From Occultella glacieicola (lineage in GTDB: Bacteria > Actinomycetota > Actinomycetes > Actinomycetales > Beutenbergiaceae): a DNA stretch of 64,000 nucleotides. Below, piece by piece: positions 9,565 to 19,010 of the stretch. The position numbers and the translations under genes are program-made. Under the pieces are notes generated by a model, which was not told the DNA's origin, ran no database searches, and worked only from the letters and a program-made list of their open reading frames with translations. Positions within the stretch are counted from its first letter, which is position 1, and every line of letters starts with the position of its first letter. The stretch covers positions 248,001 to 312,000 of the forward strand of contig NZ_SMNA01000001.1 of assembly GCF_004353825.1 (NCBI RefSeq), in the 5' to 3' direction.

Positions 9565-10857
9565 GTGATGGGTACGGATTCCACGGGGGCCACGCCGCCC
9601 GCCCTCGAGCGCAGGCTCGGCACCGGTGACGCGATCCTGATCGGCCTGGCGTCGATGGTCGGCGCCGGCGTGTTCACCGTGTTCGCGCCGGCGGCGCAGG
9701 CCGCCGGGGCCGGGCTCCTCATCGGCCTGGGTATCGCGGCCGCCGTCGCGCTCGCGAACGCGACCTCCTCGGCCCAGCTGGCGGCGGTGTACCCGACCTC
9801 GGGCGGCACCTACGTCTACGGTCGCGAGCGGCTCGGGGCGTGGTGGGGCTTCGGTGCGGGCTGGGCGTTCGTGATCGGCAAGACCGCCAGTTGCGCCGCC
9901 ATGGCGCTCGCCGTCGCCGAGTACGCCGCGCCAGAGGCGTGGCGCAAGCCGGTCGCACTCGGGGCTGTGCTGGCGCTCGCAGCCCTCAACTACCGCGGGA
10001 TCACGAAGACCATGCGGGCCGCGCGGGTGATCGTCCTCGCGGTCCTCGCGGTGCTCGTCCTCATCCTGGCGGCCACGCTCGGCGCCGGCGACCCGGACCC
10101 GGCGCACCTCGACGGATGGGCGACGCCGTCCGCGGGCTGGTACGGCGTGCTCCAGTCCGCCGGCCTGCTGTTCTTCGCGTTCGCCGGCTACGCCCGGATC
10201 GCGACGCTCGGGGAGGAGGTCCGGGACCCCACCCACACCATCCCGCGGGCGATCCTCGGGGCGCTCGGGATCGCCGTCGGGTTGTATGCGCTCGTCGCGG
10301 TCGCGGTGTTGACCGTCCTGGGACCCGACGGCGTCGCCTCCTCGGTCGCGCCGCTCGCCGCCGCGGTGGGGGTCGGGCCGTGGGACTGGGCGGTGCCGCT
10401 CGTGCGCGCGGGCGCCGCCGTCGCGGCGCTCGGCGCCCTGCTGGCGCTGCTCACCGGGGTCGGCCGGACCACGCTGGCGATGGCCCGCCGCGACGACCTG
10501 CCCCGGTGGCTCGCCGCGGTCCATCCCGTCCACCGGGTGCCGCACCGCGCCGAGGCGGTACTTGCCGTCGTGGTGGGCGCGCTGGTGCTCACCGTGGACC
10601 TGCGGGAGGCGATCGGGTTCTCCTCGTTCGGGGTGCTGCTGTACTACCTGATCGCGAACCTGTCCGCCTGGACCCAGACCGGTGCCGACCGCCGCTACCC
10701 GCGATGGTTGCAGGGCCTGGGCATCGCCGGGTGCGCGGTCCTGGTGGCCACATTGCCGCCGGTCACGATCGCGGTCGGGGTGGGCGTGTTGGCCGTCGGC
10801 CTCGGCTACCGGCTGCTCCGGCGCCGGGTCCTCGGGCGATCACGGCGAGGCGCCTGA
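9565..10857 (+). CDS. APC family amino acid permease
   Basis: Motifs GLASMVGAGVF, PTSGGTYVY and FFAFAGYARIATLGEEV. About 12 TM segments. Confidence 0.92.
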   Translation: MMGTDSTGATPPALERRLGTGDAILIGLASMVGAGVFTVFAPAAQAAGAGLLIGLGIAAAVALANATSSAQLAAVYPTSGGTYVYGRERLGAWWGFGAGWAFVIGKTASCAAMALAVAEYAAPEAWRKPVALGAVLALAALNYRGITKTMRAARVIVLAVLAVLVLILAATLGAGDPDPAHLDGWATPSAGWYGVLQSAGLLFFAFAGYARIATLGEEVRDPTHTIPRAILGALGIAVGLYALVAVAVLTVLGPDGVASSVAPLAAAVGVGPWDWAVPLVRAGAAVAALGALLALLTGVGRTTLAMARRDDLPRWLAAVHPVHRVPHRAEAVLAVVVGALVLTVDLREAIGFSSFGVLLYYLIANLSAWTQTGADRRYPRWLQGLGIAGCAVLVATLPPVTIAVGVGVLAVGLGYRLLRRRVLGRSRRGA

Positions 10858-11015
10858 CCCGGACCGCGTGCTCGTTCGGCCGGACCCAGCCCAGCGGCTC
10901 AGGCGCTCTGATGCGGCGCGGGGCGGCGAAGGTCCCTAGGGTGGGAGCCGAATGACCGGCTGACGGGACCCGCGGATCCTGGCAGTTGGGAGAGAACGAC
11001 CGCCGAGGAGCACCG

Positions 11016-12839
11016 ATGAGTTTCGACAACGTCCCGCCGCACCCCAGGGTGTCGGCGAGGATCGAGCCTGACGGTGCGGCCGAGGTGATCTTCGACGGTG
11101 TGCCCCACTACCTGCGCAGCGGCTCGCTGCCCGGAGCCCGTCGGGACATGACGGTCTACGTCGCGCAACGTGCCCGGGAGGTCCTCGGCCGGGCGGTGCT
11201 GGTGCACGTGAGCGAACCGGAGGGCCGCTTCGAGCTGGCTGTGCACCCGGACGGCAAGGTGGATGAGCGGCCGAGCCACGAGCCGGTGGGCGAGCCGGCG
11301 GCCGGTGCCGCCGACCCGGAGGCAACGGTGATGACCCGGTCCCGGCCGCCGGAAGTGCCGGCAGGGCAGGCGATGCCATCAGCGCCGGCGGGGCCGGAAG
11401 CGCCGTTCGTGCCCGAGCGTCCGTCGGAGCCGTCCGAGTCCGTGCGAGGGCCGGAGCAGCCGGCGGTCGACCCGGGCTCTGAGCCCGCGGTCGGACCGAG
11501 CGCGCCAGAGCCGCGTCCGGAGTCTGCGGTGGGACCGCAGGCGGCCGAGCCGCAGACGTTCTCGGCGCCGCAGGGGCAACCGGCCACGCCGGACCACTGG
11601 GCGCCGCCGCCGCGACCGGCTGCACCCGGGGTCGCGTCGCCCGGGGGTGCGGCGACGCTGCGTCCGGAGCAGGGGCCCGTCGCGCCGCAGTCGGTTCCCG
11701 TCGCGCACCGGACCCATCCCGGTCCGGCCGCCGGCCCGACGCACCCCACGACCGTGGTGCCGTTCCCTGCTCCGCAACAGCCGCCGTCGTCCATGCCGTC
11801 CTCCGTGCCATCTTCGGTGCCGCCACCGCCGCCGTCAGGGCCGCCGTTCTCACCGTCCCCGTCGGCGCCGAGCACCGCGGCGAATCCGGTGGGGCCAGGT
11901 GGTCCCGCGCCGACCCGGCGCGAACTGCGCGAGTCGTTCCTGACCCAGGAGCAGGTCGAGGCACCCGCCACCACCGGGCTGCGCGGAGTCCTCGCCCGCG
12001 CGGGCATCAAGACGGCGCCCAGCGCGTCCGAACGCTCCGAGCGGGCCGACCGCAACACCGTCTCCCAGCATTGGCCCGGAGTGCGCACGATCGCCGTCGT
12101 GAACGGCAAGGGCGGGGCGAACAAGACCCCCACCACGGCGTTGCTCGCCGCCGTGTTCGCCCGCAACTCGGGCGCGGCCACGCTCGCCTGGGACAACAAC
12201 GTCACCCGCGGCACGCTCGGCTGGCGCACGGATCAGGGCACTCACGAGGCGACCGTCCTGGACCTGCTGCCCGAGGTGGACAACCTGCTCTCCCCGGGCG
12301 CCAAGGCGGGGGACATCTCGCACTACGTGCACCACCAGGCCGCGGACAAGTACGACGTGCTCCGCTCGAACCCGAACCTGCTGTCCTCCGCGACCCGGAT
12401 CAGCGCCGCCGACGTGGACGCGATCCATGACGTGGCCGGGCGCTACTACCGGCTCGTGTTCGTCGACTCCGGGAACGACGAGTCGGCCGAGAACTGGCTC
12501 CGGATGATCGACAAGGCCGACCAGCTGGTGGTCGCCAGCATCGCCAAGCCCGAGCACGCCGAGGCCGGGGCGCTCCTGCTCGAGGAGCTCGTCGCCCGCG
12601 GGGGCCGGTCCGCCGACCTCGCCCGTGGCGCGGTGGTCGTGGTCTCCCAGGCCCGGGAGAAGGATCACAAACCCGCGGCCGTCGACATCGCGAAGGGCTT
12701 CGGCGGCTGGGTCCGCGAGACGGTCACGATCCCGTACGACCGGGCCATGGTGGAGTCGGTGCTGCGCTTCGACGCACTCGCGCCGGCCACCCAGCGCGCG
12801 TGGCTGCGCGCCGGGGCGGCCGTGGCGTCAGGCCTGTAG
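11016..12839 (+). CDS. MinD/ParA-like ATPase with N-terminal globular domain and long Pro-rich linker
   Basis: Deviant Walker A NGKGGANKT, Walker B FVDSGN, and C-terminal IPYD. GAGGAG RBS precedes the ATG at 11016. Confidence 0.85.
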   Translation: MSFDNVPPHPRVSARIEPDGAAEVIFDGVPHYLRSGSLPGARRDMTVYVAQRAREVLGRAVLVHVSEPEGRFELAVHPDGKVDERPSHEPVGEPAAGAADPEATVMTRSRPPEVPAGQAMPSAPAGPEAPFVPERPSEPSESVRGPEQPAVDPGSEPAVGPSAPEPRPESAVGPQAAEPQTFSAPQGQPATPDHWAPPPRPAAPGVASPGGAATLRPEQGPVAPQSVPVAHRTHPGPAAGPTHPTTVVPFPAPQQPPSSMPSSVPSSVPPPPPSGPPFSPSPSAPSTAANPVGPGGPAPTRRELRESFLTQEQVEAPATTGLRGVLARAGIKTAPSASERSERADRNTVSQHWPGVRTIAVVNGKGGANKTPTTALLAAVFARNSGAATLAWDNNVTRGTLGWRTDQGTHEATVLDLLPEVDNLLSPGAKAGDISHYVHHQAADKYDVLRSNPNLLSSATRISAADVDAIHDVAGRYYRLVFVDSGNDESAENWLRMIDKADQLVVASIAKPEHAEAGALLLEELVARGGRSADLARGAVVVVSQAREKDHKPAAVDIAKGFGGWVRETVTIPYDRAMVESVLRFDALAPATQRAWLRAGAAVASGL

Positions 12840-12887
12840 GCGGGCCCACCGTGCACGGCAACCACCCGACGGCGGGGGTCGGGCTCC

Positions 12888-13697
12888 TCAGGTGAGGTGG
12901 TCGTGGTCGCCGCGCACCCAGGCGATGTGCCGGTCCGCGCTGCGGCGCAGGACCGCCCGGGCGTCGGTGTCGATGCGGTTGTCGAAGTTGCCGATGAGCC
13001 GGTCGAACGTGAGCGCCTCCAGCGTGCTCGTGACCCGTTCCACGACCGCGCCCGAGAGTGGGATCTTGTTCGGATAGCTGCGCAGGAACCCGATCGAGGT
13101 GCGGTCCGGGTTCGGGAACACCGAGTCCCCGGTGAGCAGGACCCCGCGCCCGTCGGCGCCGTCGGACCAGAGGGCCACCGCGCTTCCGGCGAAGTGGCCG
13201 CCGACCTGGTGCAGCGCGAGCGCGTGCGTGATCGCATGCCGGCCGGACCAGAACTCGATCCGCTCGTCGGTGCGACCGAGCCACTGCGCGTCCGCCTCGT
13301 TGACCAGGACCGGAGCGTCCAGGGCCCGGGCCCACTCGACCTGCACCCCGAACATGTGCGGGTGGCTCGCCGCGACCGCCAGGACCGGGCCGCGCTCGCG
13401 GACCCGCGTCACCGTGGCCTCGTCCAGGTAGCCGGTGGGGTCCCAGAGCAGCGAGCCCTGGGGCGTGGTGACCAGTTGTGCGGTCTGCCCGATGCCCACG
13501 CTCGGGTCGGTCGTGACGCTGACCAGCCCGGGCTCGGTCTCGGTCCAGGTCAGGTGCTGGCCGGCGGCGGCCAGCTCGGCGAGGCTGGTCCAGTGCTGGC
13601 CGTCGGCCGGCACCCACTGGCGCTCGTCCGCGCAGATGGGGCAGACCTCGGGGGTCGGCTCGTCGTACTCGACCGCGCACGTCCCGCAGATCACCAT
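12888..13697 (-). CDS. MBL-fold hydrolase with N-terminal CxxC..CxxC Zn ribbon
   Basis: Motifs MVICGTC...CPICADERQ, ASHPH, GGHFAGS and LLTGD. Confidence 0.85.
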   Translation of the reverse strand: MVICGTCAVEYDEPTPEVCPICADERQWVPADGQHWTSLAELAAAGQHLTWTETEPGLVSVTTDPSVGIGQTAQLVTTPQGSLLWDPTGYLDEATVTRVRERGPVLAVAASHPHMFGVQVEWARALDAPVLVNEADAQWLGRTDERIEFWSGRHAITHALALHQVGGHFAGSAVALWSDGADGRGVLLTGDSVFPNPDRTSIGFLRSYPNKIPLSGAVVERVTSTLEALTFDRLIGNFDNRIDTDARAVLRRSADRHIAWVRGDHDHLT

Positions 13698-13760
13698 GGC
13701 GTTCCTCTTCCGATCGGGACCGGCCTTCCGCTCGTGATCGGGCCGATCTACTCTTGCCCG

Positions 13761-14405
13761 GTGGTGACCACGACCGCGGTTCTCGGCATGGCCCTGGTGG
13801 CACTCGGCATGGTACTCACGCCGGGTCCGAACATGATCTACCTCGTCTCGCGCAGCGTCGGGCAGGGGTGGCGGGCCGGCATGGTGTCTCTCGCCGGGAC
13901 GATGGCCGGGTTCGTGGTCTACATGACGATGGCCAACGTGGGGCTGTCCGCGGTGTTCCTCCTGGTGCCCGGCCTGTTCGTCGCCGTGAAGGTGGTCGGC
14001 GCCGCATACCTGCTCCACCTGGCCTGGCGGACGCTGCGCCCGGGCGGGCGTACCCCGTTCGAGACGGTGGCACTGCCGAGGGACTCCCGGGCGAAGCTGT
14101 TCCGGATGGGTCTGGTCACGAACCTGCTGAACCCCAAGGCGGCGATCATGTACCTGGCGCTCATCCCGCAGTTCGTCGACCCCGCCCGTGGTGGCGCGAT
14201 GGCGCAGGGCTTCCTGCTGGGGGGCGTGCAGATCACGGTCAGCGCGCTCGTGAACGCCGGGATCGTGCTCGCAGCCGGCGGCATCGCGGCGTTCCTCGCC
14301 GGCCGGCCGCGGTGGATGGCGTGGCAGCGCCGGGTGACCGGCACCCTGCTGGGGGCGGTCGGGGTGAGGCTCGCCCTGGACGCACCGGCACCCGCGCACG
14401 CCTGA
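13761..14405 (+). CDS. LysE/RhtB family translocator
   Basis: Motifs LTPGPNM and GLVTNLLNPKA. TACTCT lies 6 nt before the GTG at 13761. Confidence 0.92.
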   Translation: MVTTTAVLGMALVALGMVLTPGPNMIYLVSRSVGQGWRAGMVSLAGTMAGFVVYMTMANVGLSAVFLLVPGLFVAVKVVGAAYLLHLAWRTLRPGGRTPFETVALPRDSRAKLFRMGLVTNLLNPKAAIMYLALIPQFVDPARGGAMAQGFLLGGVQITVSALVNAGIVLAAGGIAAFLAGRPRWMAWQRRVTGTLLGAVGVRLALDAPAPAHA

Positions 14406-14474
14406 ACCGGCCCGCCTGAACCGGCCAACACAGCCCTGAACCGCCCTGCACCGGCCAGAACCGGCCTGAAACGG
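14401..14474 (+). repeat. Degenerate 10-bp tandem repeat, consensus CCTGAACCGG
   Basis: Units start at 14401, 14415, (14425), 14435, 14445, 14455 and 14465. Confidence 0.8.
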
Positions 14475-14588
14475 TCCTGTACGCCGCGACCGGCGACGGG
14501 ACGTGCCCGACTCCTGAGACGCGAATGCTCACGGTCCGGCCATTGTGTGTAGCCTCGATGCGATCGTCGGTGGCGAAAGGATCCCCCC

Positions 14589-15581
14589 ATGAAGCGTTCA
14601 TCACACCTGGCGGCAGGCGCCACGCTCGCCGCCTCCGCGCTCGTCCTGGCCGCGTGCGGCAACGGTGACGGCGGTGGTGACGACGGCGGCGACGGGGCCC
14701 AGGACTCCTACTCCATCGGCATCACGCAGATCGTCTCGCACCCGTCCCTGGACGCCGCCCGGGAGGGCTTCAAGGCGGCCCTCGCCGACGCGGGTCTCGA
14801 GGTGACCTACGACGAGCAGAACGCGCAGGGCGACCAGGCCACCGCGACCTCGATCGCGACCACGTTCGCCAGCGCGGACCACGACCTGATCCTGGCCGTC
14901 GCCACACCCACCGCACAGGCGACCGCCCAGGCGATCACGGACGTGCCGATCCTGATCACGGCCGTCACCGACCCGCTCGAGGCAGGCCTCGTGGACAGCT
15001 GGGAGGCACCCGGCGGGAACCTCACCGGGACCAGCGACCTGAACCCGGTCGAGGAGCAGCTCGGCCTGATCCAGGACCTGGCGCCGGATGCGCAGAGCGT
15101 CGGCATCGTGTACAGCTCCGGCGAGGTGAACTCCGAGATCCAGGTGGCGCTCGCGCAGGAGGCGGCGGAGGCCCTGGGCCTGACCGTCGAGGTCGCGACG
15201 GTGACCAACTCCGGTGAGGTGCAGCAGGCGGCGGACTCCCTCGACGTGGACGCCTACTACGTGCCGACGGACAACACCGTCGTCTCCGCGCTGGAGTCGC
15301 TGCTGCAGGTCGCGGAGTCCCGCTCGGTCCCGGTGATCGCCGCGGAGGGCGACAGCGTGGAGCGCGGCGCGCTGGCCACCTACGGTCTCGACTACACCGA
15401 ACTCGGGTACCAGACCGGCGAGATGGCCGTGCAGATCCTCACCGAGGGCGCGGACCCGGCGCAGATGCCGATCGAGACCCAGACCGAGCTCTCCCTGGTG
15501 ATCAACACGGCCGCGGCGGAGCGGATGGGCGTGGAGGTCCCGGCCGAGCTCCTCGAGTCCGCGGACACCGTCGTCGAGTGA
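14589..15581 (+). CDS. ABC substrate-binding lipoprotein (TrpX/aromatic amino acid type, ABC_sub_bind)
   Basis: Lipobox LAAC and motifs QIVSHPSLDAAREGF, GGNLTGTSD and YVPTDNTV. Confidence 0.9.
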   Translation: MKRSSHLAAGATLAASALVLAACGNGDGGGDDGGDGAQDSYSIGITQIVSHPSLDAAREGFKAALADAGLEVTYDEQNAQGDQATATSIATTFASADHDLILAVATPTAQATAQAITDVPILITAVTDPLEAGLVDSWEAPGGNLTGTSDLNPVEEQLGLIQDLAPDAQSVGIVYSSGEVNSEIQVALAQEAAEALGLTVEVATVTNSGEVQQAADSLDVDAYYVPTDNTVVSALESLLQVAESRSVPVIAAEGDSVERGALATYGLDYTELGYQTGEMAVQILTEGADPAQMPIETQTELSLVINTAAAERMGVEVPAELLESADTVVE

Positions 15582-15591
15582 CGAACCCGTC

Positions 15592-16503
15592 ATGACCGGC
15601 GCGGTCGAACTGGGCCTCATCTACGCCGTGATGGCGCTGGGGGTGTACCTCACCTTCCGCATCCTCGACTTCCCCGACCTCACCGTCGACGGGAGCTTCA
15701 CGGCCGGCGGGGCGACGGCTGCGATCCTGATCGTCAACGGCGTGAACCCGTTCGCGGCGACCGCCGCCGGAGCCGCCGCCGGCCTGGTGGCGGGCACGAT
15801 CACGGGGCTGCTGCACACCAAGGGCGGCATCAACCCGCTGCTCGCCGGGATCCTGACCCAGATCGGGCTGTACTCGATCAACCTGCGGATCATGGACGGC
15901 GCGAACGTGCCGCTGCTGCGCCAGGAGACCCTGATCACGCCGCTGCGGGACGCCGAGGTGCTCGGCACCTGGGTCTCGATCCTGATCTTCGCGGCGCTCG
16001 CCCTGGTGATCAAGGTGGTGATGGACTGGTTCCTGAACACCGACCTCGGGCTCGCGATCCAGGCCACCGGGGACAACCCGGCGATGATCCGCAGCTTCGG
16101 GGTGAACACGCACCGCACGAAGATCCTCGGGCTGGCGCTGTCCAACGGACTCGTGGCCCTGTGCGGCGCGCTGATCGCCCAGTACCAGGGCTTCGCGGAC
16201 ATCTCGATGGGCATCGGACTCATCATCGCGGGGCTCGCGTCGGTGATCCTCGGGCAGGCGATCATCCCGCCCCGGATCATCGTGGTCGCCACCGCGGCCG
16301 TGATCGCGGGCTCGGTCCTGTACCGGGTCGCGATCCAGATCGCGCTGGAGGTCGGGCTCGACCCCAACGACATGAAGCTCGTCTCGGCCGTGCTCGTGGT
16401 GCTCGCGCTCGTGCTGCCGAAATGGTCCGTGCTGCGCCGGGTGCCCTCGATCCGGTCCATCCGCCGCTCCGCTGCGGTCGAGCCGACGGCGGGTGATCGG
16501 TGA
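15592..16503 (+). CDS. ABC permease (TrpY-like)
   Basis: [22 protein letters not shown] signature. Confidence 0.92.
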   Translation: MTGAVELGLIYAVMALGVYLTFRILDFPDLTVDGSFTAGGATAAILIVNGVNPFAATAAGAAAGLVAGTITGLLHTKGGINPLLAGILTQIGLYSINLRIMDGANVPLLRQETLITPLRDAEVLGTWVSILIFAALALVIKVVMDWFLNTDLGLAIQATGDNPAMIRSFGVNTHRTKILGLALSNGLVALCGALIAQYQGFADISMGIGLIIAGLASVILGQAIIPPRIIVVATAAVIAGSVLYRVAIQIALEVGLDPNDMKLVSAVLVVLALVLPKWSVLRRVPSIRSIRRSAAVEPTAGDR

Positions 16504-17294
16504 TGCTGGACCTCACCTCGGTCTCCAAGACCTTCTTCCCCGGCACCGTCAACGAGCGCCGCGCGCTCACCGACGTGTCGCTCTCGCTGGCGCCTGCGGA
16601 GTTCACGACGGTGATCGGCTCCAACGGTGCGGGCAAGTCGACGCTGCTGAACCTCGTGGCCGGCTCGCTCACCCCGGACTCCGGGAGCATCGTGATCGAC
16701 GGCTCGGTCGTGACCCGGCTGCCCGACCACCGACGAGCGGCCTACATCGGCCGGGTGTTCCAGGACCCGATGGCCGGCACGGCGCCCACCATGACGATCG
16801 AGGAGAATCTCGCGATCGCGCTCTCCCGCGGGCGCAGCCGGGGTCTGCGGCTGGGGGTCACCCGGTCGAAGCGGGAGTTCTTCCAGGCCGAGCTCGCGTC
16901 CCTGGAGCTCGGACTGGAGGACCGGCTCAAGACGGTCGTCGGGCTGCTCTCGGGTGGCCAGCGGCAGGCCCTCTCGCTGCTCATGGCGACGTTCAGCGAG
17001 CCGAGGATCCTGCTCCTCGACGAGCACACCGCGGCCCTCGACCCGTCCCGGGCGGAACTGGTCACCCGGCTCACCGCGGACGCGGTCGAGCGGCATCACC
17101 TGACCACCCTGATGGTGACCCACAACATGGAGCAGGCGCTGCGGCTGGGTACCCGGCTGATCATGATGCACGAGGGCCGGATCGTCGTGGACGTCGCCGG
17201 CGAGCAGAAGCAGAGGGCGACCGTGGCGGACCTGCTCGGTGCGTTCGAGAAGGTCAAGGGCGCCGGGTTCGACGACCGCACCCTGCTGCAGTAG
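16500..17294 (+). CDS. ABC ATP-binding protein (TrpZ-like)
   Basis: Motifs GSNGAGKST, LSGGQRQ and LLLDEHTAALDP. Confidence 0.95.
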   Translation: MMLDLTSVSKTFFPGTVNERRALTDVSLSLAPAEFTTVIGSNGAGKSTLLNLVAGSLTPDSGSIVIDGSVVTRLPDHRRAAYIGRVFQDPMAGTAPTMTIEENLAIALSRGRSRGLRLGVTRSKREFFQAELASLELGLEDRLKTVVGLLSGGQRQALSLLMATFSEPRILLLDEHTAALDPSRAELVTRLTADAVERHHLTTLMVTHNMEQALRLGTRLIMMHEGRIVVDVAGEQKQRATVADLLGAFEKVKGAGFDDRTLLQ

Positions 17295-17351
17295 GGCTGC
17301 GGGGAGGGCGACCCGCGCCCAGCACGGCGCCCGACAAGTAGGCTTGAGCGG

Positions 17352-18332
17352 GTGGAACCGTTCTGGGACTTCATCGGCTCGTTCTGGTGGTTGGCCTTCC
17401 CCCTGGCCGGCATCGTGGGCGGCTGGGTCAAGGGTGCCCAGAAGTGGGACGAGAAGCGTCGCCACGACCGCTACCAGCAGGAACTCGAGCTCGAGCGGAT
17501 CCGCCACGGCCAGGTGGGACCGGGCGGGCAGAGCCGGTCCGGTCCGACTGTGCCGAACCAGACGAACCAGCCGGGTCAGGCGGGGCAGGGGCCGCACGGT
17601 CAGGGCCACGGCTTCCACGGACCGGGTGTCGCAGTGCCAGGTCAGCCGGGTCAGCCGGGTCAGCCGGGTCAGCACGGCACAGCGGCCGGCGCCGGCAAGG
17701 TCAACGCCGCCGCGCTGTTCCAGCGCGACGTGGGCCGGATCGTCGCGGCTCACGACGAGGTGAACCGGCGCTGGCTCGACTACGAGCTCGACGTCGCCAA
17801 GCTCATCGACTTCCCGCTCATCTCGGACATGCGTGAGCCGCTGACCGTCGACTTCCACAAGGCCAAGCGCGACGCGGACTTCCTCCGACCGGAGGACCCG
17901 AGCGCACCCGAGGAGCTCAGGGACCCGGCCCGGCTCGCGGAGTACCGCGAGGCCGTGCGCACGTTCGAGGTCGCCTTCGATGCTGCCGAACGGGAGGCCA
18001 AGCGCCGCCGTCGCTCCGACTTCACCGAGTCCGAGCGCTCGGCGCTCGCTCGGGCACGGAACCTGATCGCCATCGCGGACGACAACGGCGCTACCCATGC
18101 CGAGCGGCAGGTCGCCTACCGGCGCGCCAAGAGTGAGCTCGAGGGACTGATCGTGCTTCCGGACGCGGCCACGGACGCGATGGAGCTGCGGATCGCGGGA
18201 GCCCTCGACGCGGCACCCTCGGGTGGCGCGAGCAGCCCGCTCGACCTCGGGGATGTCACGCCCGGCCCGGCCGCGGACTCGCTCACCGATCCCGGCTCAC
18301 CGGACGAGCGCCGCCGACCCACGGCCGGGTAG
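17352..18332 (+). CDS. Hypothetical protein: N-terminal membrane anchor, GQP-rich linker, helical domain
   Basis: FWWLAFPLAGIVGG anchor and GC3-biased codons. TAGGCT lies 7 nt before the GTG. Confidence 0.75.
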   Translation: MEPFWDFIGSFWWLAFPLAGIVGGWVKGAQKWDEKRRHDRYQQELELERIRHGQVGPGGQSRSGPTVPNQTNQPGQAGQGPHGQGHGFHGPGVAVPGQPGQPGQPGQHGTAAGAGKVNAAALFQRDVGRIVAAHDEVNRRWLDYELDVAKLIDFPLISDMREPLTVDFHKAKRDADFLRPEDPSAPEELRDPARLAEYREAVRTFEVAFDAAEREAKRRRRSDFTESERSALARARNLIAIADDNGATHAERQVAYRRAKSELEGLIVLPDAATDAMELRIAGALDAAPSGGASSPLDLGDVTPGPAADSLTDPGSPDERRRPTAG

Positions 18333-18379
18333 CCGCCGGCCGGGCCCCCAGAACCGACACCCGCACGAGGAAGGACCCC

Positions 18380-18985
18380 ATGGCCACCGAACTCCCCGAC
18401 CTCCTGCTCCCCGACGCCGCGGCCTGGCACGACTGGTTGGCCGAGCACCACGGCTCCTCGCCCGGGGTCTGGTTGATCCTCGGGAAGAAGGGCGGCGACG
18501 TCACCTTGCTGACGTACGCCACCGCCGTCGAGGAGGCGTTGTGCTTCGGCTGGATCGACGGACAGGCGGCGCGACGTGACGAGGCCACCTCGGCACAGCG
18601 GATGACCCCGAGGACCTCGCGCAGCCGGTGGTCCGCGGTGAATGTGGCGCGGGTGGCCCGGCTCGAGGAGGAGGGCCGGATGCACCCAGCCGGCCGTGCC
18701 GCCGTCGAGGCCGCGAAGGCGGACGGTCGCTGGGAGGCCGCGTACGCCGGCCCCGCCACCGCGGAGGTCCCGGCCGACCTGGCCGCGGCCATCGCGGCGG
18801 ACCCGGACGCCCAAGCCATGTTCGACGTGCTCACCTCCGGCAACCGGTTCGCCCTGATCCACCGGCTCGGTGCGGTCAAGCGCGAGGAGACCAGGACCCG
18901 CAAGATCGGTGAGTTCGTGGCGATGCTCGCCCGCGGCGAGACCTTCTACCCGCAGAAGCGCCGCCCGCCCGAGCCGCTCGGGTGA
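18380..18985 (+). CDS. YdeI/OmpD-associated family protein
   Basis: Motifs AVEEALCFGWIDG, SRWSAVN and VPADLAAA...TRTRKI. Confidence 0.92.
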   Translation: MATELPDLLLPDAAAWHDWLAEHHGSSPGVWLILGKKGGDVTLLTYATAVEEALCFGWIDGQAARRDEATSAQRMTPRTSRSRWSAVNVARVARLEEEGRMHPAGRAAVEAAKADGRWEAAYAGPATAEVPADLAAAIAADPDAQAMFDVLTSGNRFALIHRLGAVKREETRTRKIGEFVAMLARGETFYPQKRRPPEPLG

Positions 18986-19010
18986 GCCCGGGCGGCGGCG
19001 GACCCGAGGG

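Noticed and set aside
14476..14588. T-box or leader peptide upstream of the Trp-type ABC importer
   Set aside because: The leader is too short, with no T-box motif or Trp-rich ORF visible.
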